The translations under genes were made by a program, and so were the position numbers. The notes below the pieces were generated by a model that was not told the origin of the DNA, searched no databases, and saw nothing but the letters and a program-made list of their open reading frames with translations. A DNA stretch of 64,000 nt from Eledone cirrhosa (Eukaryota). The stretch lies in contig OZ024746.1 of the NCBI GenBank assembly GCA_964016885.1, positions 9,920,001 to 9,984,000 on the forward strand, given 5' to 3'. Of this stretch, positions 37,348 through 51,533 are shown in pieces (positions within the stretch are counted from its first letter, which is position 1; every line of letters begins with the position of its first letter).

Positions 37348-39572
37348 TACAATAATGATACATATATAATTAAATTATAATAATGAAATATACTAAGTAA
37401 AACATTTTTTTTTAATTTATCATCCTTTACCCCTTTATATATATATATTTCTAACCACATTGTACCAGCTTTCTGAAGTTCTTATTACATATGTGTGTGT
37501 GTGTCTGTGTAATGTGTGTATGTGTGTACATTGATGAGAAATAAACTAAACCCAAACACTATAAAATAGAAATCCATAGCATGTATGCCTGTCTCTCCTA
37601 CTGAAGTTGTTTACATCTTATTTACCATTCTCACTTTTGTAATCTGTTACATTTTTAAATTTTGTAAAATATAAGTTAAAAAAATCAAGAACAAATGAAG
37701 ATACTGATAATTCAACCTATTTTATTTCATGATTATCACTTAAGATGCATTTTTTATAAATCTACCATCTACTTTAGGGTAGATGTAACTCATTTCAGAT
37801 ATGATGATAATTAAAATCTAAAAATGAATAGTGAAAATTAAGTTAAGAATGAAATGGTATTTTACAGATACAAATTTAAAACTTCTAAAGAAGGGTTTGT
37901 TTCATCTTTATTATCTACTTATAATTTTTATAGGCGACTCTAATTTCTTTGATATCCTGAATACAAAATATTTCTTTTTAGTTTTCCACTAATGAGTTGC
38001 TTTTCTGCTGGCTTTTTAGACATGGCATTAAATTAATATTGTCATAAACTGGGACAAAATAAAAAAGTGTACAATTTAAAACAAAATGTGAACTTTGATG
38101 AAGCCCACCAGATTCAAAACTAGTCTTTTTTTTTTTAACTGAGTAATGGTAGCTGGAGCTCCTACCATTTTCTTTGCAACTAATTATTATATAATTTGTC
38201 CCTGTTGCAATGATTGAACATTCAATGTTGTGTCTACACAAAAACCCCCCAGAAAAATTTAACATTAGATGCTAAGTCTTATGAAGATACAATGATAGAC
38301 AGAGAGTTGTAGCTATTGGAAGAGCTCTGAATATGCAACCAATAATCAAATAAACAATTTATGATAATGCTGAAGAAATTAAGGCTTATGCTTCATGTAA
38401 CACCTTTTTTAGCTTTTCAAAATTAAATAAGCATAATGGAAAATATGGAAAGATTTTTAAACATATGGACGGAAAGCATGCTTCAGCATAACTCACCATG
38501 TTTGCTACTTGCCATACAAATTAAAGCTTTTTATTTTACTTAATGACCTACAGAAAAAGCAGGATTATAAATCTGAATGTGAAAGTTTCATGACAAGTAG
38601 GCATTAGATTGAGTGTTTCAATAACTGCTCAAAATTATATAGCACACACAGCTGCTTTTATAAAATAAATCTGTTGCAAGTACGAAACTCAGAATTCGTC
38701 AACCCCTTTTCAGGCTAGGCTGCTCGCTCGGTGAAATGTAACGTACTAATGCTATTTCTTTACTCTTCTCTCCATTTTTTCCCTGGTCCATTCATCTATC
38801 TGTATCATTTCGTCCAGAATCCAATCTTTACTTTTTCAATGCTATTCGATAATTCTATCTGATTGTTCAAAACAATCTTCTTGGATTTTTAAATTCCCAT
38901 AATTCTTCTCTTATTACTGTTATATATGCTTGTTAAATCATGCCCAAAATTCGAGGATTTAATTTAAACCTTAAAGAACAAAAAGATACACCTGATAATG
39001 CAACCTTGGGTGTTTTAAAAAGACAGGATGGTCGAGGATAGAATTTGTTTCATCACAGATATGACCTAAAGTTAAACAAGACAAACATTCAGCTAGCTTC
39101 TATATATAGTCGTTTTACTTGCTAGAAATAGCAGTGCAATTTCCATCAAATTACATCTTTAAAAAACTGAACATTAGGTAAAGTATATCATAGATATACT
39201 CTGAAAACAGGATGTTTTTCACTGCTGGAATGTATTTTTTAAAATCCTATCTATGTCTGCTTGATGTATGTTGACCTGGGGCTAAACAATAGCTACAACA
39301 GCTTCACAAACATTAACATCAGATAGTCTTGTTAAAACAAATATATGCATGGGAAAACAAAAACAAAAAACAAAACAATATAAACTACAAAAACACAATT
39401 AGTTTAATTACATGTCTGTCTGATTTAGCTGATTAACAAAATAACTAACAAAGTAGTTACCACAAAGATAAAAATGGTAAGTAAATGATGAGGGTGGGGT
39501 GGAGAGATGGAGAGGAAAGAGACAAAGGTAGGTAAGTGATGAGGGTGGGTGGGGGGAGAGAGAAAGGTAGAT

Positions 39573-39722
39573 AATAATTGTTTCTACTTTTTGGCACAAG
39601 GCCAGCAATTACCCAGTCCATTACTGGTACCTTATTTTATCGACCCCGGAAGGATGAAAGGCAAAGTTAACCTCGGCGGGATTTTAACTTTGCCTTTCAT
39701 CCTTCCGGGGTCGATAAAATAA
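39573..39722 (-). mobile_element. Nin/Deu-like SINE 3' half ending in a fold-back
   Basis: TTATTTTATCGACCCCGGAAGGATGAAAGGCAAAGTTAA...TTAACTTTGCCTTTCATCCTTCCGGGGTCGATAAAATAA. Confidence 0.8.
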
Positions 39723-40074
39723 TAATGGAAGACAAACAGACAGACAGACAGAAAGGAAGGAAGAAAAAAGAAAGAAAGAAAACAATGGAGAAAAACTGAA
39801 GGAAAAAGCATGGAAATAAAGATATAAAGGTAGAAAGAAAGGAAGAAAACAATGAAAGAAGGAAAAAAGGAAAGAAACAAAGAAACAATGATGGAAAGGA
39901 AGAAGGAAAGACAGAAAGAGAAATTAAAGAAAAACGTTGTTTCAACATTTTTCTTTCCCTGCCCTCTTTTCTTCATTCTGATACTTTTGGTTTTGGTTTT
40001 TCAAATGTGCTCAGAACATAAAAAGCCATAAGTAAATGTTACAAAACATTTTGTCTACCAATTCCTCACCTTCA

Positions 40075-40725
40075 ATAACGATTTCTGATTTAAACACAAA
40101 GCCAGGAATTTGCAGGGAGGGGGAAAGTCAATTTGATCAAACCTTGTACCAATACTTAAATTGATCTACCCCACAGAAATAGAAGGTAAAGTTGACCTCT
40201 CCAAATTTGAATTCAGAATGTCAAGAGCCAGAATAAATATTGATTTCTAATTAGGGCACAGGGTTAGGGTTAGGGTTAAATCAGCCCCAGTACTTTACTA
40301 GTACTGCATTTTATCAACCCCGGAAGGATGAAACATATAGTTGACCTCAAGGGATTTGAACTTGGAATGTAAAGAACCAGAACAAATACAACAATAGCAT
40401 TTTATCCAACATTCTACCAATTCTGCCAATCCACTAGCCGGATAAATAATGGTTTCTGATTTAGGCACAACAACAACAATTTGGGGGAGGGGAAAGTCGA
40501 TTAAATCAACCCCAGTGCATTACTGGTACATTATTTTATCGACACCGTAAGGATGGAAGGCAAAGTTAACCTCAGCAAGATTTGAACTCAGATCATAGGG
40601 CGTAACCCTATGCCACAAAGCATGTTGTCCGACGCTCTACTGATTCTGCCAATCCACTGCCCAGAATAAATATTGCAAAGCATTTGGTTCAACACCCTAA
40701 CAACTCTGCCAATCCTTTGCTCTTA
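40075..40725 (-). mobile_element. Head-to-tail array of about three Nin/Deu-like SINEs
   Basis: Repeated gatttctga...aaagttgacctc...gatttgaactcaga...gaataaata units of ~170-220 bp. Confidence 0.75.
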
Positions 40726-41648
40726 ATAATAAACAAGAGTTAAACAACTAAGAAAGACAATCATAGTTCATGTAAATGTCAATTTCATCTCTTACAGCAC
40801 TCCAAAAGTGCTGGTTTCTGTGACATTTCTATTGATCTGTCTGTCAGACTATCTGTAGTAACAGATAGTGTGTTTGGGCATTATCATCATCATCATCATC
40901 ACCATTTAACAGCTATTTTCCAAACTAGCATGAGTTAGGCGAGTTGTCCTGTGTAAGACAAGTCAGGTCAGGTGACTGTCTTGCTCATACACAACTCATC
41001 TGGCTTGGTTTCTACAGCTGGATGCCTTTCCTAATGCCAACCACATTTATAGTGTGGACTGGGTGATTTTTGTCATGACATCAACATGACCACTTTACAG
41101 TGTCGACTGGGTGCTTTATATTATATGTCCATTTTCTTGGCTGACATGGGTTGGACAGTGGTATATAGTCATTATACTGTTTATGTATGGGTCCAATGCC
41201 AATTAAATAATGGGGTAATAATCACTGCAGAGTAATATAGAAACTAGATAATACAACTAGATAATACAACTGCAGTCTAATGACGACCATTGCCCAGATG
41301 CCAGTAACTGATGCAGGCTGGTTGTTGTTATGCTGGAAGGGTTCAGGTATGGTTTTGAAGTATGTGATTGATTTTTACTTTATGTCTTGTGCACTATATG
41401 TCTAAGTGAGGTTGAATGTAGGTTGAATGTGTGTTTGCATGAGTTCTAGGATAGTATTCAACTATATATATATATACATATATATATTAAAAACAAAGCG
41501 AGGTTTCACATTAAGGTCTTTATTTATTATACATAGTTACAACCGTTTCAATATATATACTCTGCCCCAACATAGAGCGGTGATTTTGGTATCTACCTCA
41601 GTAAACCTCGAATCTATTCAACCACCTAACATTATATGTATATATAAA

Positions 41649-41833
41649 GGGCAGTGAATTGGCAGTATCGATAGAGGGTCGGACATGGTTTCTAGCATAG
41701 TTACGTCCCCTTACGATCTGAGTTCAAATCCTGCCGAGGTTAACTTTGCCTTTCAACCTTACGGGGTCGATAAAATAAAGTACCAGTAACGTACTGGGTA
41801 ATTGCTGGCTTTGTGCAAAATGTAGAAACAATT
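41649..41833 (+). mobile_element. Nin/Deu-like SINE
   Basis: Full copy following a TA run. Confidence 0.83.
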
Positions 41834-41989
41834 ATATGTACATATAAATATATGTGTGTATATGCAAAAGTTGACTTATATACAAATATATATATATATA
41901 TATATATACACCCTTGGAAGCAGGGAAAAGCGGACGTAAAATGATGATGATGATTATATATATATATATAAACAGAGTTTTGTAGCTTG

Positions 41990-42034
<45 letters not shown>

Positions 42035-42240
42035 AATGTCTAACATGTGCTAGCATGGAAAATGTACATTTAATTATGATGATGATGATGTGTATGTGTG
42101 TGTGTAGACATTTAGATGCACAAATGAAAGGAAAACAATACAAATATATACATGTGGGTCTATGTGTGTGTGTGTGTGTGCACTCCTTCACATATACCTA
42201 TATGACTATTCCAATATATTCATTCATTGGCAACGTCTGG

Positions 42241-42297
<57 letters not shown>

Positions 42298-42729
42298 TTT
42301 CAATCAGTTGATATTTTGTTGTTGGTTATTACAATGAAAGGCATCATCAAACAGATTTCCCTACCAATGTCAAACTTAACACCTACCTTTCTCTTGTTTC
42401 TTTCATCTTTCTAAATTCTTAACAAGCGCCATTGACATTCCGTTATATCTTTACATGTCTACTACTAGAGATTTTGATTAACTACATGTGTGTATGTATG
42501 TATGTGTGTATGTGTGTATGTATGTGCATATATATATATATATATATATGTATATGTGTGTGTGCATATATATTTATATGTATATATATATATATATATA
42601 TATGTGTATGTATATTTATGTATGTAAATGTATAAATATGTATGTGTGTGTGTGTATATATATAGAGAGAGAGATACATATGTGTATATATGTATAAGTA
42701 ATTAGATACCTGCATGCAAACAAATATAC

Positions 42730-42760
<31 letters not shown>

Positions 42761-44308
42761 TATATTCACATGCAGAAATATTCAATGAAAATGACTGTCT
42801 GATAAAGAATATTTTACACTGGGAAAATATTCGTAATATCAATAATTGGAAAATTTCTCCTCTTTCAAATGGAACAAACCTTGTCAATTACTGATCAATA
42901 AATTCAAAAATGATTTTTTTTTTTTTTTCTTTTTGTTTTTAAATATTGGAGAAAAAATTATCCAGAATTTTATGAATATAGCTTCTGCCATTCACTATAC
43001 TTTATTTTGTGGTCTACAGTTATAAAAACTACCTTTGCTTTCATTGATCAGCAAAATAGTTTTACTTATTATTTGGGAAAGAAAAAATATAGTTTTCAAA
43101 AAGTGTTATAAATATTTTATTCTTGTTACTTTTATTTGAATTCATTGGTCTAATATATAACATTATATTAAAAATTCCATTGTATTTTGATAATATCTCT
43201 CTCTGTGCAAAAACAAAGTTTATTTTTACTGTTAGACACTACCTGTCTTTGTGTGACTTGGTGAAAGAAACTCCAAAATATTCTATGAGCTATGATGGAT
43301 GTAAACAACCTTCTATTCAAGTAATTTGTAATTCTTTTTAGAAAATATAAGAATCCCAAAAGGCAGAAGATATCTCTAACAACATTTGATTGCTATAAAT
43401 AATAGCTTAGAAAATCGGGTAAAATACTTTTAAGTGTGGGAAAAAGGACATAAAATGATAATGATGAATTGAAAATATGTTCACTTTTTCATGAAAAGTT
43501 ACCACAATTCATAGGAATAATATAATAGATGAATACATCAAGTGAATTACTCTTGGAGATGGAAAAATAAATGTGAACAGAGATGCTTGCAAGAATCAGA
43601 CCACACTTCTGTAATAATTTACCTAACTTATTTGATTATTTTATAGTTCAATTGTATTTTTAAATTATTTGAAAATTATAGGTAGCATCTTGCATCAGAA
43701 ATATGGTAATGAAAGGGTTAAAAATATACATTATGAGATAGCTTCTGTTATGTTAGCAGTGTTGTTACTGTTGAATAAGTCAGCTTTGCTTGACACAGTT
43801 CTATTTAACACGTAGATAGCTCAATTGATACTTAAGAGAAAAATGGCAGACAAATAGAAGATATTTATAGAGTTGAATAAATATGTGTACATAGTCATAT
43901 CCATATGTTAATAAATATATATTTAATATCATTATAAAAGTAGGCTCTGTGATTAAACTACAAGATTTTCAACAACTTCGAATGAGGATTAAATTCACTA
44001 GTTTCAGATTTCATTAAAGACTCACCAGGGATCATTTAGAGACTGCTAAAAGAGAATAAGATAGAATGTAAACAAAATTGTGAATGAAACAACACTTTTT
44101 ACTTAATAGTACAAGATTGGCATCTTCCCAATAATTATTAAAGTATCAATACAGTGTGGGTTTTATTGAATTCCTTGTGGGTTATAATGATTGCCATCCA
44201 GCATGAAGTTTGGAAACAAATATTTGCTTTACTTCACATATTGAGTGAATTTTACTTTGTTCATATTGCACCATTTTTTGTATTACTTGCAAACAATATA
44301 TGTATATT

Positions 44309-44339
<31 letters not shown>

Positions 44340-44492
44340 ATGTGTGTGTGTGCGTGTGTGTGTGTGTATATATATGTATATGTATTGTTGTGGAGGTGTG
44401 GTTAGTTAGGTGTGTAACAACAGTTGCAGGTGACGTGCCATTCGAAGTACTCAATGCTGTTACGAGGCCCATTTCGTTTGGGTTGTATTCCA

Positions 44493-44544
<52 letters not shown>

Positions 44545-44597
44545 ATATATATGTATATATATACACACATACACACGCACACACACACACACACACA

Positions 44598-44860
44598 CAA
44601 TACACATAAGTATTAATGAGGTAAAGGTACAACTATGAGAGTTTGGGTGGTTTCAGCTTGTAACCTCTTCAAGCTTCCGCAACACACATGTATATGTAGC
44701 CTGTATATATATATATATACAGGCTACATATACATGTATATATATATATATATACAGGCTACATATACATGTGTGTTGCGGAAGCTTGAAGAGGTTACAA
44801 GCTGAAACCACCCAAACTCTCATAGTTGTACCTTTACCTCATTAATACTTATGTGTATTG
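44598..44860. repeat. Near-perfect palindrome with ~107-bp arms centred on (TA)n
   Basis: 44598-44704 is the reverse complement of 44754-44860; the mirror extends into the flanking CA/TG repeats. Confidence 0.92.
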
Positions 44861-44886
44861 TGTGTGTGTGTGCGTGTGTATGTGTG

Positions 44887-44970
<84 letters not shown>

Positions 44971-44974
<4 letters not shown>

Positions 44975-45443
44975 GCACTAGAAGTTGATGGAAACCGCGG
45001 AGTGGGGAGACCCAAGATGACTTGGGATGAGGTGATAAAAGCCGACCTTACCCAACTACACCTCTCAAAGTCAATGACACACGACCGTGACTTCTGGCGT
45101 CACGCAGTAATACAGGGTACCCGACCTCCCATGGGTACATGCTGAAGCATATAAACAATATGCCCCCCCCCCCCACCGCAAGGTGGTCGTGGAGGTGCCA
45201 CGGCAAAAAAGCACCCAGCCCACACTGTAAAGTGGACGTGTAGGCGCCACGAAAAAGCACCCAGCACTCACTGTAAATGAGGTTGGTGTTAGGAAGGGCA
45301 TCCAGCTGTAGAAATCAAGCCAGATCAGTTCCTGTATGAGCAAGGCATGGTCAGCCGACCAGACACTGCCCACAACAGGACAACCCGTCTAACCCATGCT
45401 AGCGTGGAAGAACGGACGTAAAACGGTGATGATGATGATGATG
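44971..45443 (+). mobile_element. RTE family A, 3' end only (copy 3)
   Basis: RALEVDGNRGVGRPKMTW...PPMGTC* plus a 3' UTR matching copy 1; embedded in (TA)n. Confidence 0.92.
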
Positions 45444-45496
<53 letters not shown>

Positions 45497-45976
45497 TATA
45501 TGTGTGTGTATATATACATATATATATATATGTGTGTATATATACATATATATAGAGAGTAAAGCATGTCCAGAGAATTATTTGATAATATATATACATC
45601 ATCTCTACTCCCAATCAGCATACTTAACCACACAAAAAATCAATTAGACCAGGCTATAAGAATAAAAGGCATCTATGAAGAAACACTAAATAAATACGCC
45701 AAGCGGCGTCTTCGCGTCCAACCGCTATAGAATATTTACCCAACATTTCAACAGCACGTGGAAATTAATTAAATATACGGTCAACCATACATAATTAGGT
45801 AAAAATTAAAGTTAGAAATGCTTATATACATACCAGGATTAAATCACTAATATATATATATATATATACACTATATTAAATCACTATATATATATATATA
45901 CACACACATATATATATATATACACACACATATATATATATATATATATACACACACATATATATATATATATATA

Positions 45977-47636
45977 ACTTTGATAACTTTTGGCCAGTAT
46001 TGGCCCAGGCCATGTCTAACTTAATAGCACCACCTGGCGAAGTCTTACAAATCAGGATATGGGCACCATGGCCCACTCGAGCAGAGAGTTATTGTTTACG
46101 GAGGCATATCCGGGTGTAGGAGGCTTATCCGGGATTTCTTGAAGGAATTTATCCAAAGACTTTTTGAACTTGATGGGGTCTGTCTCTGCTTTGATGTGTC
46201 TTGGTGTAATGTTAAAGAGTGCAGGGCCATTTGAGGTGAATTAATTGTGCCGTATTGTTGTTATGTGATACGAGTGAGATTTTTGTTGTGAGCAGATAGC
46301 ACGGGCCCAAGCCTTGGGTGTACACTAAAGGTGATGCCAACATCATTTGGACAAAGCTGATGGAATATTTTCCACATCATACAGATAATGTAGCGCTCAC
46401 GGAGAGAATAAAGTTTGAGCTTTTCTAATTGACTCCAATAGTCAAGGCCTGTCATGCCATCTATCTTTTTTTGTAATTGACCTTTGGGGTGCTTCAACTT
46501 TCATGATACTTTGTTTTGTGTGGGGTGACCACAGTGGACAACAGTATTCAAGGTGGAGTCGGGCAAAAGTGGAGAAGAGAAGGATAACATTGTGGATATC
46601 TCTCAACTGGAAAGTTCTTTGCTGTTTATATGAGTGACCCAGCTTATATTGTTGTCCACAATTACTCCCAGGTCTCTGATGTTATTGGATGCCACTAGAG
46701 TTTCACGCGAAGGAAGAGAGTATGGTAGTTTCAGGACATCCTTTTTTCCAAAGTGGATTAATTCAAATTTATCTTCATTCAACAGCAAATTATTCATTTC
46801 TGCCCATTGGATAACAGCCAGTAGGTCTGACTGAAGGCAAGTTCGGTCACCCACCTCATTGATGACCCTTTGGAGCTTGGAATCATCTGCGAAGATTCTG
46901 ATGTTGCTGTGCTTGATGATGTCAGTAATGTCATTAATGTAGATGATGAAAAGAAGTGGGCCCCACACAGTGCCTTGTGGGACGCCACTGCTGACTTTGG
47001 CAGGGCTTGATTTTACTCCTTCGACTACAACTTGCTGGGTTCTGCTTGTCAGGAAACATTTGATCCACTGTAGTAACCTTCCAGAGACACCAACATAGGA
47101 TAGTCTTTTTCAGTAGAATCTTATAATCAACCCTGTTGAAGGCCTTGCTGAAGTCAAGGTAGATGACATCAGTTTTGGAGCCCTCTCCCAAGGCTCTCCA
47201 AACATCGTCAAAGTGATGCAGGAGCTGCGTTAGGCAGTCCCTTCCATTACGGAACCCATGTTGGTTGGAGTTCAGCAGGCCGTTGCTTTCAAGAAAGTGG
47301 GTTATTTGTGATCTCACCACCCTCTCAAATACCTTGATAATATGAGAGGTGAGTGAGATTGGACCGTAATTCACTGCAAGGGACTTATTTCCCTTTTTGA
47401 AGACTGGGACAATGGACTAGGACAGAAAGTTTTCAGGAATATAGCCAGTGTCCAGTGAGTTCCTCTACAGATTAGCAAGAGGAGTTGCAAGTTGGTGTCG
47501 ACACACCTTCAGGACACAAGCAGGGAACCTGTCAGAGCCTACTGCTGAATAGTGTTTAATTTCGTTTATTGCCACTAAGACATCAGGGGCGCCAAACGTT
47601 ATGTCTGATATAGTATGTTGGGGATTAACATCACTG
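45977..47636 (-). pseudogene. Decayed CR1/L2-group LINE reverse transcriptase, 5'-truncated
   Basis: Broken frames NYGPISLTSHIIKVFER, NQHGFR, YLDFSKAF, GPLLFIIYIND, IFADDSK, IRDLGV, LKLYSL with stops and frameshifts; (TA)n on both sides. Confidence 0.88.
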
Positions 47637-47652
47637 ATATATATATATATGA

Positions 47653-47742
<90 letters not shown>

Positions 47743-47792
47743 GTATATGTGTGTATATATATATATATATACGTATATGTGTGTATATATAC

Positions 47793-47862
<70 letters not shown>

Positions 47863-48347
47863 ACACAATGTATACCATGTATAATATTTTATAAATATAG
47901 CTACATACAATTTGATTATGTTGTATGGTGATGGCTTGTTAGTATCTACTCCAAGTTCCAACATATCCTCAATATATGCAAATATTTTGCCATGATGGAT
48001 TACTTCAATATAGTCTGGTTCAAGTAAGTTTGCAACCTAGTGCATAACTGTCTCCCAATAACTGCATAACAATCTCACCCTTATTGGAGGTCATTCAAAA
48101 AGAAGAAACCCTTGCCCCTGGAAGAGTGTTTTTAAAAAATAGTTAAACAAAAAGACCAGAAAGAAGCTTGACAGATCTATTGCCAAGAAATATGGCGTAT
48201 GCAGATTGAAAGAGGGGACAATTGATTGAGACATAAAAGTACTATTAAAGAAATGTTACACACATTTATGTAAAACTCATAAACAAATATATGTATATAT
48301 GTATGTATATATATATATATACATAATCAGGGAAAAGCAGACGTAAA

Positions 48348-48349
<2 letters not shown>

Positions 48350-48379
<30 letters not shown>

Positions 48380-48488
48380 ATATACACACATGCATACTCA
48401 CACATATGTGTGTGTATATATATGTATATGTATGTGTATGTATATATGTGTATATATGTGTGTCTGTGTATTTGTGTGTATATATGTG

Positions 48489-48543
<55 letters not shown>

Positions 48544-48550
48544 GTGGGTG

Positions 48551-48587
<37 letters not shown>

Positions 48588-48646
48588 ACATATATATATA
48601 TGTGTGTGTGTATATATATATATATGTGGGTGTGTGTATATATATA

Positions 48647-48677
<31 letters not shown>

Positions 48678-48688
48678 GTGGGTGTGTG

Positions 48689-48719
<31 letters not shown>

Positions 48720-48729
48720 ATATATATAC

Positions 48730-48792
<63 letters not shown>
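48350..48792. repeat. Compound (GAT)n/(TA)n/(TG)n microsatellite; representative of many (e.g. 29895-30122, 42485-42765, 47637-47858)
   Basis: Directly visible; source of the YI/CV/HT pseudo-ORFs. Confidence 0.95.
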
Positions 48793-49161
48793 GGAGAGAA
48801 AGAGATAGTACTAGGTCAACAATTGTCTCAAACATTAACTACAGTAAAAACAAACACAGATGTGAAATGTATGTATATTTATATAAGATGTATGGTTCAG
48901 TTGTTTCATTGTTTACAAGGTTATGACTTTTATTTTCAATAGTACATTGTACCCTAGAGTAAGAAACTTTATTTCCTGTTGCTCCAATTCACTCAACTGG
49001 CAAATATGAGTTGAACCTGTATTTAAATGACCAGCTTTGTTACACGTTGTATCACACTGAATCTCCCTAAGAATTACATTAAGGGTGGACATGCCTTGGA
49101 AAGTTGTCTGTTGCTTCATTATCAAAATGGCAAGAGCTCAACCGTTGGGCACAATTTCTTT

Positions 49162-49199
<38 letters not shown>

Positions 49200-49900
49200 G
49201 CCCCAAGGCTCTGATATAATCAACACCATAAACACAGAGCTGGCATATCTAAGAACTGACTAATTGCCTGATGAGGTCATCGCCACTCAATGGCTATCAT
49301 CAAAATATATATATCAGTAAATAAAGGATTATGAGTTCATGCAATTGACTTATGTTTCGTCGCTATATATATATATATATATATATATAGTAAAATAAAA
49401 TAAGACAAGGACAATTGGTTACTCCTCTAATTATATATATATATAATTTTCTAATTATTAAGCAGGTCTTTGGAATGTAACTTAATAAAGGTCCTTACAT
49501 AAAATTTTAGCAGAAGATTTTTCTTATTTAATATAAATACTTTTGCTTCACAGAATGAGTAGTGGTTTAATGGGTATGGGTATGAAAAGAGCAGGCATGG
49601 ATGAACTATTAGGTAAACTAAACACATGCTTAAGACATCAAAGGAAGAAGGGCACTATTTTATTCAAATAAAATTTCTTTGTCCTTTCAAGAGGACTTGG
49701 GGTCTCAAAAATATTTAATCCAGCCCTGGGTGTGAGTAATGTGTAGGGAGTTGGAAAGTGGGGGGGGGGGGGGCATGCAAGCAATGCAATGGGAGAAACA
49801 ACATGGGGGGGGGTATGCAGTACAATGAAGATATACATAGTAGTTTAATGCTTGATGTAGTAGGAAAAGTGTTAGTCTTTCATATGTTAGTCATGCATGA

Positions 49901-49947
<47 letters not shown>

Positions 49948-51533
49948 TAATATATATGTATGTATATATATATATATATATACAAGAAGGTAGTACAGCA
50001 TAATCGAAGCTCTGGTTGCGGGCAAGCTAACGAATGCTGTCGGGAAGTGCAGCCAAAAGCACTCAATAAGGAATTTTACCTTAGAGTTATAACATTACGT
50101 TTAGACAGCTATGCAAATTGAAGCCAGCGACCGAAATGCGAGCCGTTAGGACCAGAACAACGAAAAAAACCGACTCTGGGAAATGTTTGGCAATTATATA
50201 TATATATATATATAAACTATACATATATATATATATATATACACACACATACACACAATATATATGTATATATATATATATATATAGTAATAATAATAAA
50301 TTTGAAGACTAAAATCCAGAGGGTTCGATAAGGATAAATATATATCAAATATATAAGAACCATAGAGCAAAAATTACAGATTGACTTTGTTAGTTTCAGA
50401 AGATCCCGTTAAGCGTGAAAGCAGCGATTCTTTGCTTAAACTTTAATCTGTTATTTTAATAAATATATATATATATATATATTTATTAAAATAACAGATT
50501 AAAGTTTAAGCAAAGAATCGCTGCTGTATAAACTGTATAATATATATATATATATATTATACAGTTTCTTTAATATTAGTGGTAGCAACTTTAGATGGCT
50601 TGTATGAAGAAGTGAATATTCAATACTAAATGTGTAGAGAGATTATATATTTTAAGAATTTCAACATAATACAATTTACTACTCCAAGATCTTTGCTGGA
50701 AGCAATCTTCAGATAAAGTAGCTATTCTATGGATGTCAAGAAATCTTTATCGAACTTGTTTTCATGTGATGTTTGCATGTTTCTTTCTGGTTGGTTCTTA
50801 AATTATAGGTTATCAATATGGCTGTAGTTCCTTGAAATTCTTTAGGCAATATATATTTTTATGTCAGTATTTTGCTATTAACTCTTTCTTTTTGTTTGAA
50901 AGTTTTGTAATTTTGCATCACTTTTTGCATATCATTTTAAATGTCTTTTCATTGTCTTTTCATTTTAAATGTCTTTTCAATGTTATTGTTCCCCAAAACA
51001 AAGCCCCCTATAATTGAAAAGTAAAAACCACTGACAACACAATGTATAAACTGCATGAAAGGAAATGGGACGGTGTTGTTGTGAAATTATTTTTGGTTGT
51101 TAAAAGATAAATGTGAAAATAACATTGAAATATAACAGTTCTCTATGAAAACTAGTAAATCATGTAATGGTAGTGTCAAAAAATGTGAATTGGGGTTGGG
51201 AAATAATACATCTTGATGTCAAATTAGAACTTTCCATACAAAAAAGCAAGAACTGATGTCAAGATGAATACATAGAAACAAATATTGCTTTAAAAAATGG
51301 AAAGGATTACAAGTTGATAGTTTCTTAATTTCCTAAATATTCAGAGAGGATTACATAAATGATTTTATATATATATATATTATTCAGTTCATGAAAGCTG
51401 GTTGATCAAATAATCTACCAACTTTTTCATATACAGGTGTAAAGCAATCAATGATTTGTATTCCTTAGGATTTTCTCTGTAAGGTATCGACAAGTTTTAA
51501 TATAATAAATAAGAGAGATGATTTTATTTGTAC

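Noticed and set aside
38705-38740. Candidate microexon after tttttcAG
   Set aside because: Weak donor, frame not preserved and no recognisable Cav3 similarity.
39632-39976. Hydrophobic F/S/L-rich ORFs resembling membrane proteins
   Set aside because: Antisense of a GAAA-rich low-complexity tract.
44778-44825. TTGAAGA-GGTTACAAGCT-GAAA hammerhead-like string
   Set aside because: Non-canonical core, with no palindromic loop III or stem I.
47465-48942. Many ORFs rich in YI/CV/HT
   Set aside because: Translations of (TA)n/(TG)n microsatellites, which lack stops in some frames.
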